From: Blepharisma stoltei ATCC 30299
Taxonomy: Eukaryota > Protista > Ciliophora
Direction: 5' to 3'
Length of the DNA stretch: 64,000 nt
Assembly: GCA_965603825.1 (NCBI GenBank)
Contig: CBFDEM010000018.1
Span: 620,001 to 684,000, forward strand
Shown here: positions 35,850 through 48,293 of the stretch, one piece after another
How positions within the stretch are numbered: the first letter of the stretch is position 1
Layout: each line of letters begins with the position of its first letter
Translations under genes and position numbers: made by a program
Notes under the pieces: generated by a model
Seen by the model: only the letters and a program-made list of their open reading frames with translations
Databases searched by the model: none
Told to the model about the DNA's origin: nothing

Positions 35850-36623
35850 ATGGAACCAACTGCAGACACATCAGAAAGCGCTGGGAGCGCAGAAGTCCCA
35901 CAATTAGATCCAACTGCAGACACACCAGGAAGCGCTGGGAGTGCAGAAGTCCCACAATTTGATATTTGCATTATCCTTGACTGTACAGGATCTATGGGCT
36001 CATCATTCCCCCAAGTTAAAGAAGCTATTACTTCAATAGTAAACATGTATATGCCAAGAGGTGTATCTACTAATTTTGCTATTGTTGGGTATACAGACCA
36101 TGCCGGTGACAGTGGAAATTTAGATGGAAATAATCCAGTTATTATATATCCACGGTCAAAAAATATCAATGATTTTGTCAAAGATGATGCATTGCAGTTT
36201 TTAAATAATTTAGTCGCGAATGGAGGTGGCTCACAATATGGAGAAGCAATGATTGATGGTATGTATAATGCAAACCATTTGGTTTATAGACCAAATACAC
36301 CAAGAATGTACTTTATTATTGGTGATGATACTCCGCATGGCAGCGAGTTCCACCCAAATACTCAATATCCTAATGGGTGTGCTTGTGGACATGACTGGAG
36401 ACAATTACTGAGAGAAATGAAAGAGCAAGAGGTCTTGCTTAAGTTTGTAAAGCTCAATGATATTATGAATAAAACAGCAGAACTTTTTGAAGCAGAGTAT
36501 GGAGAAGATAATATGGAAACCTTTTCACAAGCTTGCATAAAGAATTTATCGTCAATTGTGGCAGATTCTGTTGGATCAGTTATTGAATATTATCTTGAGC
36601 AAGCTCGAAATAAAAAAAAATAA
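35850..36623 (+). CDS. von Willebrand factor A domain protein, 257 aa
   Basis: DICIILDCTGSM (MIDAS), FAIVGYTDH, ANGGG..EA..DG and FIIGDDTPHG present. Confidence 0.9.
   Translation: MEPTADTSESAGSAEVPQLDPTADTPGSAGSAEVPQFDICIILDCTGSMGSSFPQVKEAITSIVNMYMPRGVSTNFAIVGYTDHAGDSGNLDGNNPVIIYPRSKNINDFVKDDALQFLNNLVANGGGSQYGEAMIDGMYNANHLVYRPNTPRMYFIIGDDTPHGSEFHPNTQYPNGCACGHDWRQLLREMKEQEVLLKFVKLNDIMNKTAELFEAEYGEDNMETFSQACIKNLSSIVADSVGSVIEYYLEQARNKKK
35856..35963 (+). repeat. 54-bp tandem duplication (2 copies) at the vWA N-terminus
   Basis: PTADTSESAGSAEVPQLD / PTADTPGSAGSAEVPQFD. The units start at 35856 and 35910. Confidence 0.95.
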
Positions 36624-36786
36624 ATTAATTTAGAGTTATTTTAAAATTTAATTATATAAAAACTGGATTTTATTCATTATTTTCAATATAAAGAAAGCAA
36701 AACGACCTCTTTTATCAATAAGGGATTGATTTATAATTTTAATTTCTGGACATTTTTCTAGGATTTTATATATAGTTAATTATCAA

Positions 36787-38757
36787 ATGGAAGCTTTACA
36801 ATGCCGATTTCTTGATCACATCCCATCAGAAATTCAAGATTTTTCCATTTTAAATGACTATTGCTTAGTTCTTTTCAACGATTCTAAACTTCATCTTTAC
36901 AGAACTTCATCATGAACTTTGCTTCACACATTTCCAGGCACGCAATCTCTTTCCCTACGAAAAGTTCGATTCCACGATTCATCTCATTTTATCTCTGCAG
37001 GTACAAGCGGTGCTTTAATCCTATGGAATCTTTATAACCCAGCTCCATTAGAAATAATCCAAGTCCCAGGCTCAGGAATTTGGGATATTTCTAAGGCCAA
37101 TTCTGACTACGCTTTGGCAGGGGATGATGGAATTCTTCGGTTATATGAAATCGAGGAGGATCATTTTAACCATAGCTTCTTATTTCAGCGACAAATAGAA
37201 GAAAAATTGTTAAGTGTTATATGGTATGACGAATTTATTTTTACAGGGACTCATAAAGGCAACATCATAAAGTTCAGAAAAGGAAAAAGCTCTTATGAAG
37301 ATCGTCTCGCAACAAGATCAGCTGTATGGAGCCTTTGTGCCATAGGAAAATTTTTAGCCTCAGGAGAAGCCAATGGCCACATAAGCTTATGGGATCCAAT
37401 ACACGGTACCCAATTCCAAACCATAAAATCCCATGACGCTGACATACTTTGTATGTGCGAATTAGACGGAAATCTCTATGGAAGTGGCGTGGACTCCAAG
37501 GTCGTAAAAATTTCTTGGACTGGGCATAATTGGGTAGTCGCTGGAAAAATCCGAGGACAAAGCCACGATGTCAGAGCTCTTGCAGCCTGCAACAACACAA
37601 TTATTTCAGGCGGCGTCACAAGTGACATATGTGTCTATACCCTCGATCTGTTCGAAAACGAAGGAAATATGATGTGGAACAACAAAATCCAGCATGTGAT
37701 TTACAAGAAAAAGCCAATTCGGCACATAAGCACCCTCCCGTACACATCTCCAGTTTCTATATGCAAGACCCATCAAGGTATTCATATATTACACAATAAA
37801 TCTAGCTCCCTAGATTTATGGCAAATAGATACACAAGCCCAAACCCTATCAAAAATCATCAGTTTAATCCCAAAATCAAAGTCCTCAATTACCTGTTCAG
37901 CGATTTCTTATAATTCACAAATTCTTGTATATTCGACACTTTATTCATTTAAGGTTATTCAATTGTCATTAGAAGAATTAAAGGCTGAATATATAAAAAC
38001 CAATATAAAGCCTTGTAGTGAGCTGGCTTTGTCAGGAGATTTCTTATTTACAGGTGGAAAATCAATGCAGTTTGTGAATATTAAGACGATGGAAATTATT
38101 GATGTCATGGAATTTCATGAAGATTTGGTAGTAAAAATGAATTCTAAAGGGAAATGGTGCGCAGTTATATTAGCTTCTAATAGAGTGTTGGTGTTTAAAG
38201 AGGCTGCACTTATATGTGAGCTTCCAAGGCTAGAAAAAAGCATCACGGCTGTAGGCTTTGGGCATAGAAAAAGACTGTATTTAGTAACTGAAGACAATTT
38301 TTTGCATGGGTATAATATGAAAACACAAGAGCCTGACCCATATACTCATAAGTACGGCCACAAGCTCCCAAAGAACTTTTTAAATGAGGCAAATAAAGTG
38401 ATAGGAATTGAATATTTCCCTAAAAATTCCTTAATTTTATATACCCATTACTCCTTTACTTATATAGATTTATCTAAAAAACCACCAAAAAGAGCTGATA
38501 TTTTGGTAAAAAACAGCTTCCCAGAGCACAGCCAAACTTGGCAAGGGGTTTTAAACACCCACCCTCTGCATTCTGATAGAAAACAAGGATCAACTATACA
38601 GGTAAAGGACTTAGTAAATTTTGCCATAAATAAGAGATTTGGACCAATTTTGAGTTTAAATATAATGAAAAGTGAAATGGTAGTCACTGAGCTGGCCTGG
38701 GAAAATATTTTGGAAGTGAAGCCTAAGCCTATAGCACAGCATAGATATGGATCTTAA
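36787..38757 (+). CDS. UTP4: U3 snoRNP WD40 protein UTP4/cirhin, 656 aa
   Basis: N-terminus CRFLDHIPSEI, WD40 repeats (SHDADIL, GVDSKV, SHDVRAL) and C-terminus GPIL..EMVVTE..W..I...P.PI...RYG. One TGA at 36913. Confidence 0.88.
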
Positions 38758-38900
38758 AGTTAATAGATTTTTTATCAGCATTTTTTGGTATTAATAATCG
38801 TAATTGTAAGAAAAAATCAAATATTTAATTCATATTTATGCCAAATAACGTAATTTTTACAGTATAAAGGTTTATTAAATATTCAGTTTACTCTTTCAAA

Positions 38901-39296
38901 ATGAAAGCATTAATTAATTGGTTTCTTCGATTATGCCAGTCAAAAGAAGAGAAAAATGAAGAACAGCAAACAAAGCAAGAAATTGAGACAAAAATTGAGC
39001 CAAAAAGTGTCGATTTAACAACTGCTAAGTTTGTTGTGGAATCAGTCAGTAAACGTAAAAAGCATAAAAAGAGGAAAAGAAGCAAATCTAAAGAAAAAAA
39101 AGTGAAAGCTAAAGAAGAAAAAAAAGAAGAACACTCAGAGAATACACCCTCGCCTAAATATCACCGACCTTTGAAATTCCAATCGCTTTCAGTTGACACA
39201 ACAGGAAACTCGATACTTAGCAGAAAATCTATTGAATCAAGCATCACTAAATCTCAAATAAGCACAGTAGTTTTATCACCTGGATACACAAGCTAA
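38901..39296 (+). CDS. Lys/Ser-rich hypothetical protein, 131 aa
   Basis: ATG..TAA ORF with a basic cluster KRKKHKKRKRSK. Confidence 0.6.
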   Translation: MKALINWFLRLCQSKEEKNEEQQTKQEIETKIEPKSVDLTTAKFVVESVSKRKKHKKRKRSKSKEKKVKAKEEKKEEHSENTPSPKYHRPLKFQSLSVDTTGNSILSRKSIESSITKSQISTVVLSPGYTS

Positions 39297-39427
39297 GCCT
39301 GGTATCATATCTTCTATTTAAAGCATTAAAGGCTAAATTTCTTAAAAATTTTTGATAATTATTACGATATACATCATTTTTTACGTATCGCAAAATTTAT
39401 TATTTTTTGATTAGAGTAATAAATTAA

Positions 39428-42400
39428 TTAATAACTAGTTTTACTCCCTTCAGGTGCAATCAAGTCTCCATCAACTTCTACCCACTTAGAAGTTTTTTCT
39501 GCATTATCCAGCCTGATTTGCAACAATTCTCCAACATTATTCACAATTGTAGCTCTACACCATCGTTGCCCATTATTTTCTAAAGCATCAATTTTCTTAT
39601 CAACCTGCAGATCTTCATCTTTCATATCTTCATCACTATCCCAATCGTCCATTGCAGGTGCTACAGTTCCTTTCAAAATTTTTTTATAAAATTCAAGCTT
39701 TTCTGTATTGTTTTTGGAAATATAAGCAGAGGTAGCTCCCCACTGTGTGCTGTTTGGCTTATACAAACTCATTGTAGGCTTCATGCCAGAAGGTGCTGTC
39801 GGGAACTGGTTATCCTTAAGCCAAGCTTCAATCCACTTGAAGTCTTTTACTTTTTTATAAGCCCATTCTTTAGCAGCAGGGATTCTTAAGACTGTTTTGA
39901 AGAAATATTCAATGCATAGCTCAGTGGTTTTATAATATTGCTTGTTTTCTTTCATTTCAGTCAATAAGCTCCTTAAGCCATAATCAACACGATCGTCAGT
40001 CAAATCATCCTGAATTTTCAACAGACAAGTTAACTGTCGAAGAAATGGGCGCTGGAAATCATAGTCGTTGTCTGAGATATGCTGAATCAGCACGTCAACA
40101 TAATTTTCTGAAAGTACTCTATTTTGGCTGCAGAATTTGGCATAAAATTCACCTACTGATCTACAACCAATTTTATTAGTGCAAGATGAAGAAAGCTTGG
40201 ATACTATTGATTTCTGCCAAAAGGTCGAAACCAGCTCAGATGAGAGATATTGAGAGCCGAAATTCAGGATAGCGAGAACGTAGGATAAAGAGTTATTGTC
40301 ATCATGGGAAGAAAACTTGTCATGAGATTCATCAGTAGTAGCATGTTTGTCGTAGCCTAAATAAATGTCGGAAAATTTATACCGCTCTTCATAGAGTGGA
40401 AAATCAATTTTTTCGCTAAGTACATAAGCAGTTAACTTTGCTATCAGCTGCGTCGAAGGCATCAAATGTGGACTCATCTGCACAGTTCTATAAATAACTT
40501 CAAAATACTGTGGAAAATGCCTTGAATATGGCGATTTCGCAATTGACAGCTTATTCAGCAACCTCTGCAAAAACTGCTCATGCAAATATGGATTCACCGT
40601 CTTCAGCGCTGCATGAATTACCCCTACAATGACCCTTCTTTTCTCAACAACAGGGCAATCCAGCAGCAGTTCTTTCAAAACCTGTGGCACAGTCACAGTC
40701 TCCAGCACCCACTCACTGATTTCTTCATTTTCTTTCAGCTGATTTTTCAATAAATTCACAAAAATTGGCAGCCTCGTCACGTCTTTGCTTCTTATCATAA
40801 TAGTCAAAAAGAAGCTGGCAGCGAATTTCAAAATTTCATTTTTTCCATACTTAAGCAGCCTTGTAATAAAATCAAAATAATCAGTGCTAAAGCTGGACTT
40901 GCAGCGCCAGTACCTTTCGTTCTCTTCTTTTACTTCTTCGAAATCTTTGACTTCTCCTTGGGAGGTAATTGTGGTTAATGGGATAATTGTGTCATCTTCA
41001 TTGCTTTGCTTTGAATAGAATTTTTCACGTTCGTAAAATAGTAAATAGGCATTTCGGTATTTTTCACGATTTGTGGTAGAATTTGAACTGTATGATGAAG
41101 AAAATGACCATTTTTCTTCGCCTCCAAAGGCTTCGTTAGGGATGTCTTCTGGGTTAAAAGGCCTCACAATGGTATCGTTAAACTCATTCCACTTCCCAGA
41201 GCTCCTGTCCTTTATGAATGAATAATAATGACCGCTTTCTGCAGTTCCCATATGAATCACAATTCCTTTCAAGGTAAATTTATAATATTCTTCTGGGTAT
41301 TTTTTATTAGGAATTTCTTTGGTAAACTCTTTGCCTTCTTTGATGGCTTGCTCTTTCAGCTTGAGGAGTTCTTTACGCTCAAGCCCTTCTTGTGTATAAG
41401 GCTCCATATCAATTTCCATCGGAAACTCGCAGTAGTCATTGACCTTTACCCTTGCCATGGTATCAAAATCGAATTCAAAGCGCCGCAGACTGATAATAAA
41501 GGTGTTTGGCAAATATTTTATGCAGACTCGTCGCAATGCAGGAACTTTATTGTCACAATGGTCACATTGATACATATTGTCGCCTTCTAAAAGTTCGCCT
41601 TCTATAAAGCTGTCTAAGCTTTCATAAAGATTTTTCTTGTTTTTCACTTGGACTGGAAATGTTAAAAAGGGCTCGAGACGCTCACTGCGATGATTACAGG
41701 TGTCTTTTCCAAACATTTCTGTGACTTGGAAGCCTCCAAAATGGTTTTTGATGATATGCTCATTAGGGTCACCTTTAAGCTGGTTTTCGAGACGGTCCAT
41801 AAATGTGTTGAAAAACTCTTCAGCGTCCATTTGTTCAAAAACATTGACAGGCCGGCCTTCCCAGTCCTTAAAAGCTCTACAAAGACCTTTAGGATTTATA
41901 TGTTGCTTATCACTATTTTTAAGCCCAGAGAAAATATATTGAAGCTGATATAAAAGGCTCTCATCCAAATTCTGACCACTCAAATCTTTAGCTCTTAAAA
42001 TTCCTTCTCTAAATGTCGGCACATTAAACATCTGCTGTATAGAAGAATTCATATAACAAATACACCCTAAATTTTTCAGCCCAACAAAGCCTGTCTCAGA
42101 CTTTTCCAATGCTACTGGGGAATAATTCCAATCAGCAAATCTTGACGTTCTCCAATGAGGGTCTTCATGAAGCTTGTTTAAATACTCCACAACTTGGTAT
42201 AAAGCGTCACGACTTATTACACAAAGCTTATAGAGCAGCCTAAAAGCTTCTTTTCGTGTGTCGCTGTTTTTGCATTTAGGAGGAGGGTCTAATTGTGATG
42301 ATGAAGGGACCTCAAAGAGGCAAGAATGAAGAATTAAATGGACAATTTCTTTGGTTATCTTTATATTTGATTTTCTAATCCCAGATCTTATCACTCTTAG

Positions 42401-45400
42401 TGTGCCCCATAGTACATGATCATGCTCTTTCGAAGATTTTTCTGGCTTTTTTTCTTGAAGTTCTAACAATAATCTTTGTACAAGAGGAGTCTTTTTTTCT
42501 TTATCATTATTTCTTTTCAATAAATGTGACAGCAGTGCCCAATAAAAATCAGACGCATTTTCTTCATAAGCTGTATTTATAAGTTTTATATGGATATCCA
42601 ATATATGAGTACTCAGTTCTTCACTTAAATTTGCAAGTTTGTCAAATAACGTCATCATTGACGCCCCAAAAAAGGTATTTGGGCAGCTTAATATAGAAAC
42701 CCTAATCAAACTTTCCAATTGTTCACATTTTTTAACTGTATTTACCAAGAGACTTTCATTCCAGTTTCCTATAAGTAGCAGCATTTCTGTCGCATGGACC
42801 GCAACCTTTGAGGCTTCTTCTTCCGAACTTTTGCAGGCAGACGCAATAATCATAAGTGACTGGAAAATTTTTAAAATTAACTGAGGGGATGGCTCACTTG
42901 AGGTTTCTTTGAAAATTAAAGAAAGGAGGCTGATCATGACTGAGCAGTATCTTGAGTTCAAAGATATACTTTTTATATTAGAAGTGTCAGTATTTAAATA
43001 AATATCAATAAGGTATGGCAGTCCTCCCGCTTTTTGGAATTTCTGCATTCATTCTTCGTCTGAAATTAGCTGTTCTATGATAATTAGTGTATAAAGAAGC
43101 TTATAAAGGGAGCTTGAATCTAAAAGTTCAGGCAAAGTCTGCTCCAGCTCTTTTATTTGGATTTTTATTTTTTCATTTATAGGGAGAGCTGTAAGTAAAT
43201 TCCAAGCCAAACCTGCAAATGCTTTGTCAGGGACTGATAAGAGCTGGAATAGGACGTCGACCAGTTTTTGGTGCTTTGAAAGGAGCTGGACTTGGGTAAT
43301 TTCGTCGGATTTTGGCTGCAGAAAATCAATGCTTATAACAGAAGTTTTTATGCTAGATATAGGCATGTCGTCATCATAAGAGTCATAACGAATCCCGCTC
43401 AGTGTAAGGAGGACTGTGTTTAATGGCTTTTTATAAAGCTCAGAAATTTTACGGCGCAAACTGCCGACTGTTTGGTTGGAATATGCGTGGATTTTTTTGT
43501 ATTCGTTCTCCTGCATTGTTTTGGCGTAAAATACTTGAATAGGTCCTGATGGAGATTCTTCACGGTGTCCAGAGTCGTCTAAAAAGCATAATAGCAGCTT
43601 TAAGACCCTTTCTGTAGTTAAATCTGATTGGGAATTTTCAATATAGGATAAGGACTGGTTTATAAAAGATGTCCAGATTTCTTCTTTTCTAGGCTTAAGA
43701 AGACGGCCTAGACGTAAATTCAAGTTGACTACGAAGTAAATCGCTTGTGAGGATACTTCTTCTTTTGATTTTAATAGGATGTCCATAATTGCATCAAAAC
43801 CTATCAGAGTGGCCTGATTCCTGCTTAAAAGGCTGTTTCCTCTTATTTCAATATTCCTTTCATTATGATTTAGTGCTAAGAAAAACTGGCAAAAACACTG
43901 ATATGCCTCTATACTTATAGTTTCTCTTGGGAAAGCTAGAGGATCTACAAAAAATACTTCAAAAGCTTCAGCAATCATTTTTGTGGTAAAAATATTTCTA
44001 ATAATCCTTTGCAGCCACTTGAAGAACGCAGCTTTATCTCTATCAGACAAAGGATTTTTCACAAAAATTTCCCAGACAATTGAAAAATGTGCCCTTGAAA
44101 ATGCAAAAGACCGACTGCTTAGCACATATTCAATAAATTCAAATCTTTTCTTAATATTTTTGTTATGTGTATATCTTCCTTGTAGTACTTCTCTATAAGG
44201 ATTCTGAAGCCCCTTTGCCTTTTCTCTCGCAATTTCATAGTATTTCTCTAAATTTTCAACAACTCTTTGTATTAGTCCACCTACTCTTTCATCAAGAAGC
44301 TTCAGATTTTCATCTTTATTTGATGATACCTTATATGCACAAAAGCTTTCTAATATTAAAATTGCTAATTTTAATGACTGGAATGTCGAGTGATTTTCCT
44401 CAATATTTTTTATTAATTGTAGCAAAATTTGTCACAGTTTGTCTTTTCATGGAATATTTTTTAAAATTTCAGCCAAATTGTCTGTAGCTATATCAATAAA
44501 ATTGATAGGGCTGCTATCTAAAATTAGTGAATAAAAAATTGGGATTGCAAAATCATCATTGTCTGAGCGGGTTCTAGGGCCAAATTCTATAGCTTTTAAT
44601 GTAAATTCTTTAAGCATTTTCAAGTACATTTCGTCGTATTCTTGGATAGGTTTTTGCTTCATTTTTTCAAATAAAAATTGGTGGAAAGAAGGAGAAAGGA
44701 AAGGGGTTATGTCAACAATTGCTTGTAAGGTAGCGATTACTAAAGAATCATGGCGCCCTTGGCCTGAATTTCAAAGAAGAGTCAGCTGGTCTTCTGTAAG
44801 AGCTCCAGTTTTAGCGAGAAAAATAAAAATTTCTGACACTCTTTTAATCATTTCTACATGATTATAGTCAAGGACAATTTCTATGATATTTTCTTGTAAA
44901 AGCCATTCCTTCATAAATTCTGTAGTAATCCATCTTGTACCTTTGGTAAAGCCTTGATAATAGACTCCTTTATTGTTGACTTTTTCGATCATGTCTTTGA
45001 TTTCATTAAGCCCTCTCAATCTTTTTTCCATATAAGGGCACTTCAAAAGTTTTAGGGCGAGCTCTAGCTCAGCTCTTTCTATAAACTCATAGGTTTCTCC
45101 TCTTCTATCAACTTCTCCACTCAATTTTCTTAATTTTTGTAAAATTTCGCTAATCACATCTTTGTCAATATCTTTAAGCTCCCTATTAGAAATCGTGCTA
45201 ATCCTCTCCAAAACTACTCTCTTAAACTTTGGGCACCAATCATCAGAAAACTGTTTTGATAGAAACTGGTTTATTTCATATAAAGGCAAAGCTGTAATAA
45301 AGCTAAAAGGCGCTTTTTGTTTTTCACTATATAAAAAATACTCTTTTTCTGACAAAATTTCAAGAATTAAGTCAAAACCGCCGGATTCCGCAAAATGGTC

Positions 45401-46120
45401 AACTAGGTATACAATTGTAGAGCTGGGGGAGGTTTTATTGACAAAATTAGAAGGCTTGAACTCTTTAGGGGTATACGTAGAAGTCTTGATTCTGGGCAGC
45501 CTAGGGTCGAATCCCAGCAGTCTTTCTAATGTAAGCAAAAGTTCAGGCCAAGCCATAGCAGCAGCAACTCCATTATCAGTCAGAAATAGTTCAGGGTTGT
45601 CTAAGCCATTGTAATACAAAGGAAACATTTCTTTATAACCCTGAAACCATAAGACAATATAATCAATCACATGAGTAAAAAACTCTAAGGAAGCATGGAT
45701 TTCTGCTTTAGTTTTAAAGGAGCCTGTAAGTAAGCAGTCAACTAAAGTAAAAACTTCGCCACGGATAAATTGGGTTGTTGTAAAAGCGTCGCTTGCTTTG
45801 AGACCAGATTGGATAAGCGTGATAAGAATTGAATTTACACGTTCAAGCTCTTCTTCAGAATATTCCCAAGAGCGGATTGCGAATTTTTTTTGGCCAGTGT
45901 ACAATTGGCTGTTTTTTCTAAATGGAGAAATCCTACTGGAAGATAAGCTATAAGTCGCATCCCATTTCTCACTCCACCCATCATATCGAATCAGAATTGC
46001 GTTTCTTTCAGGGTAAAATTCAATGATTCTTGCGACGCACCAAGCATTCATAGTATCTTTTGCATCGATGAAGACACCTGGCTTAAAAGCTTGATTTATA
46101 TTGGTAGAATTGCTTTCCAT
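39428..46120 (-). CDS. Giant USP9/24/34-family deubiquitinase, 2230 aa, no introns detected
   Basis: VGLKNLGCICYMNS (Cys box), QMDAEEF and GIVIHMGTAESGHYYSFI (His box) present. Fragments are joined by TGA at 44771, 44447, 44432 and 43049. Confidence 0.95.
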
Positions 46121-46504
46121 TAGCAATAATTATAAATAAATAGAAGATGGATAGATGATAATGGAAACAGGGAATTATAAGAATGGCAGAAATTGATGAA
46201 AGATACATTAGTGATATATTTTATAACAAATAAATTATAAATTTATATGTGTTATATAGGATATGAAATAGTCACAATTATTTTGTTATGATAGTTTATG
46301 AAAAAAATTCTATTTTATCTAAGTCGCATTTAATAGAAATTTGATTTAAACCTGCATTTTATAAATTTTTAGTGCTATTTTATAGTCATTTACTTTAATT
46401 CTTTTTGGGTCTACCTAGACAAAAAGGCTTTAATAATATCTGAACTTATAAAAAACAAAAGGAATTAAAAATGCAAGAAGTTCATGTCCTTGAGTTAGGC
46501 CATA

Positions 46505-46925
46505 TTCAAAAACGATGGTGGCTTATCTTATTTTCATAATCTGGGCTAACATTTATGAACGACGCTGTTCATTGAACTCTTTCCCTATTGGTGAAAATGC
46601 AAAAAATTATTATAATGCTTCACAAGATGCTATATCCCTATTTGCGGTCAGTTTTCTTAATATATCTTCCATTATCACCCTTCTCTACATAGCTTCTCGG
46701 AAAATCCTACCATTATTCAATTATTATAGCTTCGTCTCTTAATTTTTTAGGCTATACCTCAGTAATCCTCTTCTTACTGACTGTTTTCCTTGATTGAGAA
46801 CTGTTACCTGTATTCTGAATGGTTCAGCTATAGGTGTTCAGATCACTTAGAACAGGAAATTAAGCAAATGTTCAAAGATTCCCTTAATTAGAAAAGGTCA
46901 TTGTGGCAACTTTGAACAAATACGT
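46505..46925 (+). pseudogene. Decayed 5' fragment of an MFS transporter, paralogous to the adjacent gene
   Basis: Across frames it reads KRWWLIL..TFMN / PIGENAKNYY..AISLFAVSF / IYLPLSPFST*LLGKSYHYSIII..FLG. This matches RRWVML..SFIN / PVDRLAEEYY..LVSLFAVSF / MYLPLAPFASWGLGISYHWSMMI..FIG of 47078-48277, with frameshifts and TAA/TAG. Confidence 0.88.
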
Positions 46926-47077
46926 CTAGAACAGAAATAATTCAAAATCACTGTAAATTATTTTTTGAATTTCATAAAAATATTAAATAACAATTTTTTA
47001 AAATAGTTATACTTTGCAGTTAATCTAAATATTATGTCTTTTCTATGTTAATTGCTTAAAAACTTGTGAAATATAAA

Positions 47078-48277
47078 ATGTCATTTTCCCAGCGGCGCTG
47101 GGTAATGCTGACTCTATATTGTGCGGTAAGCTTTATCAATGGTGTCGCCTTCTGTGCATTAGATCCTGTAGACCGCCTTGCAGAAGAGTACTACGGCGTC
47201 GGGACTTCTCTAGTATCTCTTTTTGCTGTGAGTTTTGGTGCAATGTATCTTCCCCTCGCACCTTTTGCCTCCTGAGGACTTGGGATTTCCTATCACTGAT
47301 CTATGATGATATCATGAATTGTTACATTTATTGGCTGCTGGCTTAAATATTTAGCATTTACCAACTACACCCTAGCCTGCATAGGAATATTTTTAGTAGC
47401 CTCTGTCAATGCTCCTATCCTTGCTGGCTGTTCACCTTTAGCAGTCCGATGGTTTCCTCGTAACGAATGAGTCTTATGCACCAGCATTGCAAGTATCAGC
47501 AATTTTGTGGGGATGGGCGCTTCCTTTATCGCAAGTCCTTACCTAAATGACATGGATTTGATAAATCTCTGACATGCTATTTTTTCAACGATTTTTTTGG
47601 TACTAAATGTAATTTATTCCAAAAATGACCCAGAATTTGAAAAATCGACAGGGTTAATTGAAGGGTTTAAGAAGGCTTTGAAAAATAAAATGATTATGTG
47701 GATCGTCATGTGCTCAAGTTCAGGGATTGCAGCTAGTTATACAGTTATAGCGATTTTATTAGTAATTTTAGAGCCAGATGGGCTGAGTGCGAAACAGGTA
47801 GGATGAATAGGGTTTGATATGGTTATGATGGGAATGCTTGGAGGGCTAATAGCTACGTATTTGGTCGCAAATTATAATGCAATTACGACACCGTTGAGGA
47901 TTTTTTTGGTAGGGTCGATTTTGTCTACTATATTGTGGGCGTGCATAAGGGCGAGTTTTTCGCTTTCGATAAGTGGAGCTGCACTTCATGGAGCTACGCT
48001 GATTGGCCATTTACCGCTTGGAATAAGTGCTGCTGTTATTGAAGATAGGACTATTGAAGAGTCGATAACTACAAATATGATTTTCTTTATGGCAAATTTG
48101 CTTTGCACTATTTACACTTACCCAGTCCAGTATTATTATGAAATCACAGATTCTACAGGGCTATGGGCAATTGCTATATTAGTTTTAGTTAGTTTTCTGC
48201 CACTTATTTTTATATATAGAAGTCCAGTTGAGGATAAATCTAGTGTAAAACCATCGGAAAATTTATTACAAAATTAA
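47078..48277 (+). CDS. Major facilitator superfamily transporter, FLVCR/SLC49-like, 399 aa
   Basis: RRWVML..SFING and LAVRWFPRNE present, with about 11-12 TM segments. Six in-frame TGA join the fragments. Confidence 0.9.
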
Positions 48278-48293
48278 ATCACTTACTAATTAT

